From: Octopus vulgaris
Taxonomy: Eukaryota
Assembly (NCBI GenBank): GCA_951406725.2
Contig: OX597822.1
Location: forward strand, 8,990,001-9,054,000
Reading direction: 5' to 3'
Length of the DNA: 64,000 bases
Below the pieces are notes generated by a model. That model searched no databases. It saw nothing but the letters and a program-made list of their open reading frames with translations, and was not told where the DNA came from. Below, piece after piece: positions 25,765 to 41,361 of this stretch. Within the stretch, counting starts at the first letter, position 1. Each line of letters opens with the position of its first letter. A program made the translations under genes and the position numbers.

Positions 25765-26660
25765 TTCTATACTATAATAAGTATTTACAGAACAGTAGCT
25801 TGTATAGCACTCCATCCTCTGAACCATTAGATCGTAAGAATAGTTCCCGTAAAACATTAGGATTCAGTCCTCACTTCCCTCAAAGTGTTAGGATAAATGA
25901 AGGTAGAAGATTCTTACAATTATTACATATTCACTCTCCTAGCAATCACACATACAGAAATATATTTAAGAGGCACACGATTAAAATCACATTTCCCTAA
26001 CTCCCTCCCCTTATTTAAAGGCTTGCAACAATAAACAACTTATAACTCAAACTTTTCTCTCATACACCTGCAGAGATAAATCTCAATGTCCCCTAGGCAC
26101 GATGCGATATATCCTCTGTAGTTTATGAAGCATAAGTCTCAACAAACTATGGCAACGACCGTACAGAGAACTAGCGTTATATTGGATCAATGAAAAGAAC
26201 TTAAATCCAAATACAACAATCATCTTTCGACCTTTAGGAACCGCGAGAAGAGACAAGCAATAACGCTCTCGGCATTCATCTTGAAACTTAGAGATGAAAA
26301 CTTCAATTACAATATCAAACATCTTATAAACGGGTCAAAATGATATTCAATATGTACCTTCGAAAATCTGCATCTTTTCAAAAACTTAAATACTTCTAAT
26401 AACCGTGTTAATTCCAGGAAAGATTATTTTCTCTTTATGTCCACATTTTAAAAACTCCGTCATAAACCATTCCACCGGACACACCATAAACTGTTTCAGT
26501 CTGGCTTACGTAAGTTTGACATGTGTGTGACATTAGCTGTTTGTTGTAGGGTTGGTTATCTCCTTCGTGTTTTGTGTTTTTCTCTCGGTCTTTTTCTATA
26601 ACGACGTTCTCATTCATCGTCAACTGCTTGAAACGCATTTAAAAACCAACCTGTTAAGAA
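25765..26660 (+). mobile_element. Penelope-like element remnant (RT thumb/linker plus GIY-YIG endonuclease)
   Basis: RKTLGFSPHFPQSVRINEGRRFLQLL..HTYRNIFKRHTIKI, TCRDKSQCPLG, RYIGS..KSKYNNHLSTFRNREKRQAITLSAFILKLRDENFNYNIK; frameshifted. Confidence 0.75.
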
Positions 26661-26829
26661 CTTGAGAAATGGCTAACACAAGACATATTTTTTACGTGTG
26701 TGTCTGTGTGTCTGTGTGTGCGTGCGTGTGTGTGTGCGTCTATGTATATATATATATATACATACATGCATACATATATATACATACATACATACATACA
26801 TACAAACATATATATATATATATATATGA

Positions 26830-27030
26830 TGAATCGCTAGCTTCTGCACGCATTTTTTCTCTCCTTGTTTCTCTCTGTGTTTCTTTTCTGTGTATCTTTC
26901 TGTTGAAGAGCGTAGACTCGAAGCGTAAAAGACTTGTTTTATTTATGTTCCTGAGCGCCATACTAATACAATTGTTTGTTTGTACTCCACCTGCCTTCGT
27001 CTTTTGTTTATTTTCATAAAGCTTCCCGTT
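26830..27030 (+). mobile_element. pLTR-like repeat with degenerate minimal HHR (26895-26932)
   Basis: TCTTT CTGTTGA A GAGCGTAGACTC GAAGCGTA AAAGA, flanked by (TA)n. Confidence 0.4.
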
Positions 27031-27834
27031 ATATATATATATAATATATATATATGTACGTATGTATATGTATGGTATTGTGGCAATACACTATATAATC
27101 ATATATATAAATATGTTCAAGTATATAGCTGGAAGTAATGCTTCAATTTATTAATATTCGCTTGAATAGAACATTACCGTATGTTATAACAATCGAGCAA
27201 ATATAATCCGTATCATTCTATGAAAACAGCGGCAGATAAATTCTGCATCGCAAGAAACAAATAGAACTTGAACCATCGAAAATGATGGCTATCTAAAATA
27301 TACAACGGCCTATACATTCAAGTTTATTAATAATCGAAAAAGAAACATGAAAAAAAAAGAAAGAAAACATATGCTAATTCTACATGCACATCTGATAGCG
27401 GCAGCATAGCAAAATAAAGCGGAACGACGATATTCACATTTAATGTAGACAGTAAATAGTTGTTGTCTACATATAGCGATAGATGCAAATAGACTGGCAA
27501 ACTAAAGTAAAAATAAATGAATGCAGTTAAGGTCATTCGCTGTCCCCATGGCCATTCCGGTAAAATGCTGGAAAAAAGTTAACGTAAAAAGGACATTTAA
27601 ATCAAGACGTTTAAATCTGTTAATGACTATAAAATTTAATTGGTGAAAATTGACAATAATTAGCTGCAGCTGTTAAATAAGTACATAATATCACAGTATC
27701 CCCCCCCCCAAAGACCAGATGGCGATTTTGTTGTACATATGCAGAACAAGGTGGAAGCATCTTCTCTCCTCTTAAGCAACACGTTCTGCTGTCAGAGGAA
27801 CAACAACCATCAACTTTCCGGAAAATATTCAATT

Positions 27835-28243
27835 GGCGCAGGAGTGGCTGTGTGGTAAGTAGCTTGCTTACCAACCACACGGTTCCGGGTTCAGTCCCAC
27901 TGCGTGGCATCTTGGGCAAGTGTCTTCTAATATAGCCCCGGGCCTACCAATGCCTTGTGGGTGGATTTGGTAGACGGAAACTGAAAGAAGCCTGTCGTAT
28001 ATATGTATATATATATATATATAAGTGTGTGTGTATGTGTTTGTGTGTCTATGTTTGTCCCCTTAGCATTGCTTGACAACCGATGCTGGTGTGTTTACGT
28101 CCCCGTCACTTAGCGGTTCGGCAAAAGAGACCGATAGAATAAGTACTGAGCTTACAAAGAATAAGTCCCGTGGTCGATTTGCTCGACTAAAGGCGGTGTT
28201 CCAGCATGGCCGCAGTCAAATGACTGAAACAAGTAAAAGAGTA
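27835..28243 (+). mobile_element. SINE family S1, full length
   Basis: Matches 8405-8812. Confidence 0.9.
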
Positions 28244-28543
28244 ATGTAAGAATTCTTTATTCCGGCTCCCAGCGTTCAATTCTTGGCAAGGTTAATTTCA
28301 TCTTTAATTCTCTCTAGAGTACTACCTGGTTGTGTCTCATTGTTAAACATTGAGTTACTCTAAGTGTATACATTCCTGTGAGGTTACGCAACTGCTCACG
28401 TGTGTTGCTTTCACAAGACGGAATTCACTTCGTCGAACAACGAAATAATTATCGAGGGCCAAACGGAGGCTAACAATAGAGATATGAATACAATAATAAA
28501 ACATTAGTATTTTGATGCTCGCATGCTCCGTCGAACTTACATA

Positions 28544-28940
28544 TCTTTATATATAAAAGTGAAGTTGTGTGAGTGTCTGTCTCCTACGATTTAGATTCCT
28601 AACTACTCCCACATTTTTCGGTGCAGTTTAACCAAAACCGGGTATCTTATAGTCGTGATTCATATCGAACCCTTCTGGGTATTAGCACGCGTCTACGATG
28701 AGTCTACGATTTTAAAAAATTTTACCATCAATTTTTCCCATTTTTAATGCATTTTTAGCATATATAAGGGAAGTAACTCTCTAAAAATTATTATTAAATC
28801 TCAGAACGTAAAAAGCTACAGTAACACCCCCCCCCTTTGTGATTAGCCATATTGAGATGGCTATTATACTTTATATCTCTGAAAATGATTATATAGTTAT
28901 TTCCCTTACAAAGCCGAGCAACGCCGGGCGATACTGCTAG
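28544..28940 (+). mobile_element. Helitron H1, full length
   Basis: TC..CTAG, A|T insertion, highly similar to 4256-4658. Confidence 0.8.
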
Positions 28941-30548
28941 TATTCATATAATTTTACATCCACATGGACATATATACAGGCATATTTAAAGAGAACTGGG
29001 CATCATATTAACTGCATATACAAACGAGCGTATATTTTTATGCTATTTCGCACCGGTTCGCCTCGTCCAATGGAATGTGGTCCTCATTTTTCAAGTTTTC
29101 CATTGTGCGTGTTTCTTTTTATGGCATATTTTATGATTTATTTACTTATTGTAAAGCACGATAATTCAGTTAATGGCACTTAGAGTTTATTTTGATCGTG
29201 TGATTTTAAGACGTTGAGTATAGAGTGATTTTGATCAACACAGAGGCCATACATGCACGCAAAATATACACACTTTCACATAGAGATACCCATACACTCT
29301 TACTGGAACCCATACACACACACACACATTAAGATACACACACATATACATACATACATACATATATATATACGTACATACATACATGTAAATGAAGATA
29401 TTCGTACATATTTCGTTATACATATTAGTGCATATATACCCGACGTCCTTCCATAGAAATAACCCTCATTAGAAAGAATTCCATGAAGATTTTTCAAAAG
29501 TCACTTAAAATGAAATGTAGAAGCATAAACATCATGTTTTTCTAAATGAAATATGAGATTATATGGAATACTGCATTTGTAACATGATAGTTCTCTAAAC
29601 TGTGACGTAACCTTCGCAACGTTGAATTGTATTTCTCGAAATGAATATAATTTTCTGCTTTTCTTGTGTATTCTCTTTTCTTTTCTTCCTTTTTTTATTT
29701 TTCAGTGTATACATGTCTTAAAAAGTAGCATATCATCTGAAAAGTTGAAAATAAACAGGAAATAATTCTATAGAAATAGAAAAAGTATTGGTGTTATTGG
29801 ATTTAACTTATTGAAATTTTCCTTCCCTGAAGTGCAGTAATTTTGCACATACACACACACACACACAACAAAACAGAAAACATTCATATATTTGTGTACG
29901 TGTAAATAAATGTGGATAAAGTAGTCAATAATAAATAAGGTTGCCTTATATAGCAGTAAACAAGGAGTAGAAATTATGAAATTCCGTGTCATGTCACAAG
30001 TAGATAGTAATTGTATACGTTACACACACGTGTAAATATATATCAAAAAGAATCATGGGCTCATCCTGAGCCCTAGGTTCATAAGGCAGGTTTCCCGGAT
30101 TTTGTGCTGGAAATACTCCCCCTTGGATGCAACACCGATCCGTCGCAGGATTACTTATTATTTTGGCCACTGGAGTGGGATGGAGTAACGGGAAAGAAAG
30201 TATTTTTCCCAAAATACACTGCATCATCCAGTCCAGGAAGGGAATCCACAATATTTTTGACCATGAGTGCAATACCATAACAATTAAGCCACGCAAACCC
30301 AACTATTTGAAATTATATCTTAATAATATCTCTTAAAACAATGCAATAGGATTATTCTCAATCAATTTATGCACGTGAAACTAAATAGCTGTTCTAATCA
30401 AGGATTTTTGTCTCTCTCCATTTCACTTGAACACTCCTTTTTTGCAGTCCTATATATTTTTTTTTTGTTTCCATAACAAGAAGCGAAAATTATATATACA
30501 CACATATATGCATATACACGCACACACACACACACACACTCACACACA

Positions 30549-30628
<80 letters not shown>

Positions 30629-30726
30629 TTACTAAGTCTCTATAAAAGAGATTATGGCAGCGTTTACTGGAAATTAATTGTTATCGCCATATTAATATGG
30701 CATTCTTATAGATATGTATATATATT

Positions 30727-30780
<54 letters not shown>

Positions 30781-31322
30781 AGGTAGCAGCCAGTTGGCAT
30801 TCCTTATCGACCAAGAGTGTCGCAAATCTTTGTCGATGCTTGTCAAAACTGCGTCAACCAAGGGGTCAAAACTGCGTCGACCAAAGGGCTGCAGTAGACG
30901 AGTTTGGGTTAACAGACTTGAGGTAACTGGCTTGAGCTAACGGAAGTCAATTAGTACGAAAATTATTTTCTAAATTAAGGTAAAAGTTAAAATCGTTAAC
31001 GAAAATGTTTACTTCGTTAATTAACGATTGACAGATTAACGGACTTACGCCCAGATCTGTATGTATATATATATATAATTCAGATAGATATGTTTCCATC
31101 AAAGATGTCTAACTTTCTGGCACCACCTGATAGAATTTGCTAAATCCTTTCTAAGTCAAGTCTTGTGGCATCATGGAGTAGGGAGTTCTTGTTTAAGAGG
31201 AATGTTTACGTGAATGACGTCACAGTTCATGTTCATGTAACACCAACAAAGTCTATCGGCATCACCTGTTATCTTCAACAAACGATTGAAATATATACGT
31301 ACATATATATGTATGTATGTAT

Positions 31323-31373
<51 letters not shown>

Positions 31374-31477
31374 CAACAGAAAGGAACTAGAGAAAATAAA
31401 CAGAGAATAAAAAGCTTTAGTGGCTAGCGGTCGATCATGGCGATGACTGGACAGAGGTTTATATATATATATGTCAT

Positions 31478-32175
31478 TATTCATTTTATTTCAAGATTTC
31501 TTGCCAATAGAGAAAGAACCGGTTGCTGACCTAGATCCAAAGTTCCTTTATTAGAATTTCAACATCAACACCAGGGTATATTTCTTTGCATGTATGTATT
31601 TATGTATGTATGTATGTATGCATGCATGCCTGTATGCATGTATGTATGTATGTATGTATGTATGTATGTATGTATGTATGTATGTATGTATGTATGTATG
31701 CATGCATGTATGTATGTATGTATGTGCGGATTTGTATTTTTTTTGTATGCATTCTCATGCATATAGTTACATATCTAGACTTGCTCATATATATTTAAAT
31801 GATGAACTTCTGGAAAGTTTTCCAGATTTTTACAGTTCAAGTGATGGATTAGATCTTCGAATTAGCTTTCTCCCTTCTCGTTTTGAGAAGCCTAATTTTT
31901 TAAGATTGATATGTACGCAGTGTGTTACATATCCCAATGCCCAATAGCTACAGGTATAAACTTGAACTTGCAATCCGGATAGAGTAACTGTAGTATTCTC
32001 GATAGTTCAGTGTAAGTGTTCCCTTTTCCACTGATCTTCAGCTTTTTATTAACATCTGGTGGGCAGCTAATTTCTGCAATTGTACACAGTTTCTCTTTTC
32101 TATCCCAAATCATTATATCAAGTCAGTTGTGCTCACATTTTACTGAGGAATTCACTGGTACATTCCACCACTATT
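31478..32175 (-). mobile_element. R4/Dong-like REL 3' fragment (third subfamily; also 43893-44345 and ~44640-45010)
   Basis: MIWDRKEKLCTIAEISCPPD..YTELSRILQLLYPD..FIPVAIG; the 3' UTR with (TATG)n is shared with 43893-44345. Confidence 0.7.
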
Positions 32176-32184
32176 CCATTTCAT

Positions 32185-32899
32185 TATGCCCCAACCTATT
32201 TAAAGGCTCGGATATCCTTTCCAAACAAAGAGAGAGGTTCACAATTAAAACCAACTTTACTTGTGCCTTTGAGAACCTAATTTAAGTAATAACCTGCTCG
32301 GTTTGTGGACAGACGAGAATGACATTGAGACGGAGAACCACTCTACATAAAGAGCAGATCCAGTTCCCGCAATACAGACAAATTCCTTTAGGAGAACACA
32401 GAAATTTGCAGGTAACATCAAACCAAATTTCACAGTTTACCCCGTCTACCAGTGCAAAGATACAATTTCTTTACAAGAACATTTAAATAAAGAATTTTTT
32501 TCATCGAAAAATGCAGAACACTTCTAAATAGGCACGCATAACCAACTTTGATCTCCTTACATATTTTCATTCAGATTACATACCCATCACTGTACATATT
32601 TCTCCCCAATAATCTAATTTTCAAATTTTTGTGTATTCATATATTCCCTCCCCCTACCGAAAGGTGAACAGTTATCTCCCCCGCCCACAATAATAACGAT
32701 AAGCAATTACCGCCCATTAGATTTTTCTACTTGTTGAGTCATTCACTAATAATTTTCACACACAACATGGACCAAAAAAATTCTTATGACGAAAATACGT
32801 ATTTAAATAAGTTTTAATATCATGAATAGTGAAAGCGAAACCGGTCGACAAACACAATACAAGATACATTAAAAAGTGTGCATTTTCCATCTTTAATTT

Positions 32900-32902
<3 letters not shown>
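32185..32902 (+). mobile_element. Penelope-like (Neptune-type) GIY-YIG remnant plus 3' pLTR
   Basis: CPNLFKG..ERFTIKTNFTCAFENLI*VITCSVCGQTRMTLRRRTTLHKEQI..; downstream HHR variant at 32817-32851; ends in (TA)n. Confidence 0.75.
32817..32851 (+). ncRNA. Minimal hammerhead, A3-U8 core variant
   Basis: ATATC ATGAATA GTGAAAGC GAAA CCGGTC GAC; second copy at 58486-58520. Confidence 0.55.
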
Positions 32903-32950
<48 letters not shown>

Positions 32951-34167
32951 CCATACATGTGCATATGCATATATATGCATTCATGAGTCTATCTTTGTAT
33001 GTGAGCATATACGTGTTTTTCCCTAGCTTTATGTTTACTGATATAAAAAGCTGTGCCTAATTTCAACATTTTATGTAAAACAATTTTAACAGATTTTCCA
33101 TGCGTAAAAGTCGATAAAAAGTATACTAGACTGAAGGAATTAAGAAAGTCAATTCCATCACCTCATGCTCTTAATCTAGTGACACAAGGTAGTCACAACT
33201 AAAGACTGAGAGCGAGAAGCTACTTCTATATGTATGTGAATGTGTATGCGTGTACATGTATGCTCCTGTGTGTGTGTACGTGTGTGTGTGTGTGTGCATG
33301 TGTGTGTATATGTATGGACGTGTGTGTACGCGCACATGTGCATGCGTACATAAATTTTATGCCGTTAAATCCAGAAGTTACCTGGTCAGGTGTATAAGTT
33401 AAAATCAGGTCTGGAGTGAAATATAACGCACACCTACATATGTGCGTGTATATGTGTGCATGTTTGCGTGTACTTTTATGCGAGTGTGTATTTGTGCTTA
33501 TGTAGCCATATACGACATGTGTATATTCAAGATATTATATAATGGAGATTTTAACATTTTCTATACGGATTCATTTTATAGCCTTACTTTAAGAAAAAAA
33601 ACAATCAAACTTTCGAAATACATTTAGTTGTTAAAGTTTTATCTACAGTACACAATAACATTTCTTCCCGTTTTCCTTAATTATTCTTCTCATAAATTAC
33701 CCTGTGTTTTCAAGAAATTGCTATAAAATTCCATTGTTATTAATATAATGCTTCTACATAATGCTCCACCGTTTAAAATATTTATATCAGTCGACAGGTA
33801 GTTACAGATATTTCTATAGAGAATTCTATACAACGCTTGCTAGAATTTTGTTCGCAGGTTTGTTGTAAATGAAAGTGTAAAAGTGATTGTATTGTGGAAT
33901 TAAAGAGAAATATTAGCTAAGTATCGTGTTTTATTGCTTCTTGTGATGAACGTATCATCTTGTTTTAATTGTTGCATGAAGCGTAATTCGGGAATTCTTT
34001 AAACATTAACCTGTTCGATTCTACGCCAATTACTTGCAACAGCAGCAGCAACAATAACTTTGATAGTAGTCATAATAGTGTTGGTGGTGGTGGTGGTGGT
34101 GGTAGTAGTAGTAATAGTAGTAGTGGTGGTGGTGGTGATTTTGGTGGTTGTGGTAGTGGTAGTGGTG

Positions 34168-34214
<47 letters not shown>

Positions 34215-34224
34215 GGTGGTGGTG

Positions 34225-34287
<63 letters not shown>

Positions 34288-34864
34288 ATAGCAGCAGTAA
34301 TAGCGCGGTGTAGTTATTGATGCCGGTAGTATTCATTTTCACTTGATTCAACATGTCGCCATACTAGGGAGCCACCTTGAAGGATTGTTCCTTTTTTTTT
34401 TTTTTTTTGTCGAACGAATCAACATCACTACTTATTTTCTCGGTCCCTTTTATGGAGAGGTAAACACACCAACATCGGTTGCCAAACGGTGGTAGGGAAC
34501 AAACACAGACACACGCAAAACATATACACACATGCATCCCTCATTATTCCATCGTGACTAGTTCATGTGAAATTTAGAAAGTAATTTAGAAATCCTTTTC
34601 ACAGTAATGTTAGCAAATAGAGATTGCTCTTCTGGCTAACTTTTAATGCGGAGGCGCTGGGGTTGGCTAAAGAAGCTGGAATTTCAGTTCACGCCCATTT
34701 GAATACTTCTCTGTGCTATCTATACTCAGCTTAATTCACTTTCAGCCGCTCTGGAGTCTAATATCTAACACACACACACATTTGTATGTATGTATGCATG
34801 TATGTATGTATGTATGTATGTATGTATGTATGTATGTATGTATGTATGTATGTATGTATGTTTG

Positions 34865-34896
<32 letters not shown>

Positions 34897-34955
34897 TGTA
34901 TGTATGTATGTATGTATGTTTGTATATGTATGTATGTATGTATGTATGTATATGT

Positions 34956-35015
<60 letters not shown>

Positions 35016-35194
35016 CGAGGAGTTGAGGTTATAAGAGATAATGGTGTCATTGAGATCCAAAGGTGTCAGGTATTGCTGAATAAGTGCTATAGACAGACCA
35101 TAGTTAAGTTCCAGATTCGTTAATATTGCGAGTTGGAGTTGGAAGTTCTCCATCATCCGATATTTTCATCTGATCTTGTCCCCACTGATTAATA

Positions 35195-35452
35195 CTTCTT
35201 GCAGAATTTGGATAACATTTTAAAAGAAAACAACTTTAGTTCCGACGATGCTGAAAAACAGACCGTCTAAGATTTTATTGACTCTAGATTGCCAGGCAAT
35301 TAACAGTTCTCAGCTGGACAAGCTACCGCTGAATTGGCAAAAGTGTATTGACAATATGGGTGCATACTTTGATGAACAAAATTATTCTTTGTATTTATAA
35401 AACATTGGCAAATATTTTTTCTCATTTATACAAATTTCATACTTAAACTAAT
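35195..35452 (+). mobile_element. Mariner 3' end
   Basis: ..DFIDSRLPG..KLPLNWQKCIDNMGAYFD. Confidence 0.7.
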
Positions 35453-35845
35453 GTGTGTGTGTGTGTGTGTGTGTGTGTTGGTAAGACACTCTCAGGAGAG
35501 CTGAACAACAGGTCTTCTGAGAAGTCCCCTTTGGGCATGTGTGTTTGTGTATGTGTGTGCGTGTGTATGCTCAGTGGTTAGAGCATCGAGCTTACGATCT
35601 TGAGTTTGTGCTTTCGATTCCCGGACCGGGCTGCGTGTTGTGTTCTTGAGCAAGACACAGGTGCCAAGCTGTATATCTGCTGTTGTCTTTCACCTTGGAT
35701 AACATCGGGTGGCGTGTTGAGGGGAGCTGGAATGCATGGGCAGCTGCTGGTATTCTATAAAAACAATCCTGGTTGTACGTTCGCACAGCCTGTGTTGTAA
35801 AACACACACATACGCATGTATATATATATGTATGTATAAAATGTA

Positions 35846-35877
<32 letters not shown>

Positions 35878-36868
35878 CTGTGTGTGTCTGTGTATGTATA
35901 TATATTACATTTTCTGTGTGTGTTTTAGTCTCTGTGTTTATACTCCTCAGCAGTGCTTGAAAACCATGTTGTGTATTTACGTCCCCGTAAATATTGGTGC
36001 AAGAAAGAGACCGATAAAATAAGCGCTTGCCTGAAACAAATAATAGGGCCGATTCGTCTGACCAGAATTCTTCAGAGCGGTACTCCAGCGTGACCACACA
36101 CTAATGACTAAAACAAGTAAAGGATAAACGTTAAAGAGCATACATATTTAATTTTTTCAACATATTTAAAAAACTTCACAAAGATTGTTATCGTTGGTAG
36201 TAATATATAGAGCTGAGGATTCTTCTGAATCATCAGCAGTGTCTAAGTTGAAATAAATAAATTAAGCTCAACTCAGCACTTTTCAAAGTTTGAAATTTCT
36301 TGTAGAATAAATCAGAAATTTCTTTCCTTCTTTCATCTTAAATCATTTAACAGAAAGTCAATCAAAAAAGTCATTGCGAGTTCTTTTGGCAATGCTAACA
36401 CACAAAAACATACTGACAATAACACGTCTGACATTCTTCACCTTCCTGCAACCTCAAAGACTTTAACAAGAGTCTGCTTGGTTCCTATTGTTTATTTGGC
36501 AAAAGAAAATATCCAGTACAACAATGTACATAAGAAGACTATCCAAAACAACAATGTACATAAGTGTAAGTCGGGATATATTAATCCCGACTAACGTTCC
36601 TGTCAAATTATATTTATACTTTATATGTGATACATAGATTGTACTTCACATATACAAAGTTATACATTATACGTATGGGTGTGGGGGGTGCACCTGTGTT
36701 AGTATATAGTATAATAAATAAAAAGTATACTGAGAACTTCATGCGGATTAAAGAAAATACAAGTCTTGCTGACGTAGACTAACACCAGTATTTGTGGATA
36801 CTATGTTATTATCCAGAGATACACACACACACACCACCACCGCCACCACACACATATATATGTGTGTG

Positions 36869-36923
<55 letters not shown>

Positions 36924-37080
36924 GGGGGGTGAGTGGGTGTTTGTGTGTAGAATAAGCAGGAGAAACAGAACACAACAGGGTTTTAGAAGAGTCTCCTTTT
37001 CATTCGACTGTATTACAAAGTGATTCAAAGGCCGAGAATTCTGTATATGCCAAATATCGATAAAACAAACTGTAACTTCT

Positions 37081-37137
<57 letters not shown>

Positions 37138-37256
37138 ATATATATATATATATATGCACGTACGTACGTATGTATGTATGTGTGTAGATAGATATAGATA
37201 TAGATAGACTGTCAGAGTGAGACAGATATGCACACATACAGACAGAGAGTGACAAC

Positions 37257-37341
<85 letters not shown>

Positions 37342-38101
37342 TATGATGTCTTCTTTACGCTTTCCGTCAAACAAATACCACAAAGAATTCATTAGTAAAC
37401 TTGCATCTAAAACAAAAATTATTACTATTGTACTGTCCAAACAATATTCTCTCATACTGCGCTGCATTTTTAATAATGCAACAGACGGTACTTGTCAGTA
37501 CTCTATAATCTGCAACATTTCGATTGCAGCTGCTGGAAGACATCAGAGCCATACGAAAGACAAATAAATATATAAATGATGGACCAAATCCGAAACATGA
37601 AAGAGATTATGCAAAACTATGTTAATTCATTTATGCAGGAGGCATCTCTATGACAGACCACTCGTGCCATAAAAATAATCCTAATTAATTCCTCCAAATA
37701 AGAAGTAACGTTAAACCATGTTATAAACCGTGTCTGTTTCGCCAGCATTTCTACACCGAATCTACTTTCTGCAAGAACATCCTCGTTTAAGAAGTAAATA
37801 CTTGACACTATAAATTGTGAAAGTTATCTTTAGGAATGTGCATGGTTTTGTCTGTGTTTAATTATGAAAAATGTATAACTGTGTTGTTCTCATTATTGTG
37901 GCTGTAATTGTTTAGCAAATAGTTAGTCCTAAATGGGTAGACTGGTGCTCAATGACTTAAAAATCGGAATTATCCTGTTATGATATAAATAGGCAGTATT
38001 TTCCAGTGTGACACTCCATTTCAAAATTTGCTAGTATTTCTACTAGATAGTAAGACTAAACAAAAATTCACCGGTTGCCTAATATCAGTGTTAGTATGTG
38101 T

Positions 38102-38206
38102 AAGCGCATGACAAAGACACGCGACAAAAGTGCATGACAAAGGTGCATGACAAAGGTGCATGACAAAGATGCATGACAAAGGCGCATCAAAGAGGCGCAT
38201 GACAGA
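38102..38206. repeat. 13-bp minisatellite (GCATGACAAAGGT)n, ~8 degenerate copies
   Basis: Directly visible. Confidence 0.8.
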
Positions 38207-39997
38207 GCAGTGAAAGAGTTGATATATCGGTTAAAAGATCGAACATCTGGTTTCTATACATGGTACCTTGATTAGTTGTCGCCTTTCAGTTGTGATTGGA
38301 ATATAATAGAGAGAAACTCTGCAGCTACATATAGCTTAAACCATGCCTGTGTTTCAAGGGTCCAGATTACTACATATACTGTTATGGGAAATCTGACTGA
38401 GAATTACGTCATGTATACAGATGTGCAAAACTTAGTCACACAATAGTATGTTAGACTGTACCTGAAAATCAAAGGACCAGGCTCGATACCCATTACGAAA
38501 TGTTGATTCTATGAGAAATTTATATTAGGCTACAAGTATTTGTGGACTAATCAGTCCCATTCTCTATATTTGTAATAGTGAGGAGCCATAATTTTAATTG
38601 ATGGAATTCGCAACATTTGGATGAGTGTTATCCTTCAGTAATTTCCATGAAATTAATCAATTGTATATTGCTACATCGAAATGGTAGTTCTTGATATGAC
38701 TGGATGTTCTCTGTTGGCGTATACCTCACCTAAAGTCGCATTATTTGATCAGAACTACATCTAAATACCTTGACGTAATTTCTTGATTGCAAATGATTGC
38801 AAAGGAAACTTACTGCAATTACAAATGGATGGATCGTAGAGATAACATTGATACCACGTATCTTATGCTATTATCATGCAAGACAGACAAGTCTCTAATC
38901 ACGTTGTTAAGTAGATAGGTTGTTCAAAATTAGCTTGAAGTTTGAAGGCACCACCACAGGATATATTCACTGCAGGAATGCGAAAATAGTGATATTAAAG
39001 GTACGCATCTTCAACTCCATTTTTTTTTTTCATTCTTTCTTTTTTCATTTCTTTCTTTTTGAACACTAACAATCCTCTGAAAGCTGGTGCATTATGTCGG
39101 TAAGCTACGAAAGAAATACTTAGTAGGGAGAATACAGTCTTCAGATTTATAAGCATCTGAAGCATCTTGAATCGTCGTTGTGAGTTTCAAATGTTTAAAA
39201 AAAGAAGTAGGCTGACAAGGTATATGCAAAAATATTTGTAAAATTACGTTGACATATTGGTATCTTTTGCAAAATATACGTTTCCTACATCAATGGTTTT
39301 GGTTTTGGAACAATTTACGATGTTGTTAAGATTTTGGGGGTTGTTAGATGAATTCTTCCTTACATTCCCTTCGATATTTATTAAACAACTTCCGGCTATG
39401 AACTGTTTACATTACATAATTTCCTGCATAAAGGACTTGTCAAATCCTGGAGCATAATCACAGAGTGAAAAAAAAATTCATCAATACTAAACGACTTTCA
39501 TTTTGTGAGGTGTCGGATATGTGAGGTATTCTGCGTGTAAAAGTTGTAAAAGTGAATGTGTGACTCAATTTCTAGCATTTTCCATTTTATTTTTTCTTCG
39601 CTTGTTTGTGTGTTTGTATCTGGTTTTGAGACTGCTGAAATCTCTACTCTTTACGTCTAATCTTATCCCCCCGCATTAGTGAATATATTTACTTGTATAT
39701 TATTCATGCTGTCTATCTTCAATAACCCAAAGGGTTCGACCTATATCTCTCTCTCCGTCATATATATATATATAAATATGTGTGTGTGTGTGTGGGTGTG
39801 GGTGTTATGTATGTATGTATAATGTATGTATGTATCTGTGTATTATGTATGTATGTATGTATATTACTCGTGCGCTCACATACCTATTCAGGGATTGAAA
39901 ATTTATATACCGTTCATAATAGTTGGCAGGTTAGTTCTAGAAGAAATTATGAAAGCAATTTCAATTATACTATGAGTATGCGGATGAAAATAAACAC

Positions 39998-40058
<61 letters not shown>

Positions 40059-40060
<2 letters not shown>

Positions 40061-40447
40061 TCTTTACTCTTTTACTCTTTTACTTGTTTCAGTCATTTGA
40101 CTGCGGCCATGCTGGAGCACCGCCTTTAGTCGAGCAAATCGACCCCAGGACTTATTCTTTGTAAGCCCAGTACTTATTCTATCGGTCTCTTTTGCCGAAC
40201 CGCTAAGTGACGGGGACGTAAACACACCAGCATCAGTTGTCAAGCAATGCTAGGGGAACAAACACAGACACACAAACACACACACATATATATATACATA
40301 TACATATATACGACAGGCTTCTTTCAGTTTCCGTCTACCAAATCCACTCACAAGGCTTTCGTCGGCCCGGGGCTATAGCAGAAGACACTTGCCCAAGATG
40401 CCACGCAGTGGGACTGAACCCGGAACCATGTGGTTGGTTAGCAAGCT
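40059..40447 (-). mobile_element. SINE family S1
   Basis: Matches other S1 copies. Confidence 0.9.
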
Positions 40448-40487
40448 ATATATATATAATGCGTTTATTTTCATCAGCATACGTATA

Positions 40488-40620
40488 TTATACGCAAAAC
40501 ACTTTCCATACAGTAACCATAAGAGCATCACAACAAATCACAGCACAAACTCAAGGCACACAGAGCTGCATTCGGTGGTGAATTGAAAGCACGTAATGAA
40601 AATAAAACTACTGAATAATA
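40488..40620 (+). mobile_element. R4/Dong-like 3' tail ending in (TAA)n
   Basis: Reverse complement of 23463-23595; another copy at 42290-42475. Confidence 0.75.
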
Positions 40621-40633
40621 ATAATAATAATAA

Positions 40634-40664
<31 letters not shown>

Positions 40665-40675
40665 AATGAGAATGA

Positions 40676-40725
<50 letters not shown>

Positions 40726-41326
40726 TATATTACATATATATATATGTCTGTGTGTGTATGTGTGTGTGTGTGTATGTCTGTTTGTATGTATGTATATGTA
40801 TATGTACATCTATAATATATACAATTATATACATTCACACTCGTACACGTACTGTTATGGATAACATGCGCAGATATACATAGATCTATAAAGTGAAATA
40901 AGGGTATATATACATTGGTGCATACATGTACGCAAATACACATACCGACACACGCATGTGTCGAATATCATGAGTGAATGTACATATATAGTTATATAAA
41001 TATATACGTATATAACTATCAATCCATATATATCTATGCATGTGTACACATATATACGCATGCACATATGAATCATCCTCTTTACTATAGGAACATATAG
41101 AAATTTTGGGAGGGTGTTAGTGGATTATGTCGACACCAGTACTCAAGTGGTACGGATTTTTCTCAATCACGAAAGGGCGAAAAGCAAAGTCGACCTCTCA
41201 GGAATCTGAACTCAGAACGTAAGCATTTCACCCGGCGTGCGAACGATTCTGCCAGCTCATCAACTTAATAATAATGATGATGATGATGACGATGACGATG
41301 ATGATGATGATGATGATGATGATGAC

Positions 41327-41361
<35 letters not shown>

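Noticed and set aside
37350-37810. Additional Penelope linker/GIY-YIG remnant
   Set aside because: Only faint motif similarity (FPSNKYHKEF..); too decayed to call without an alignment.
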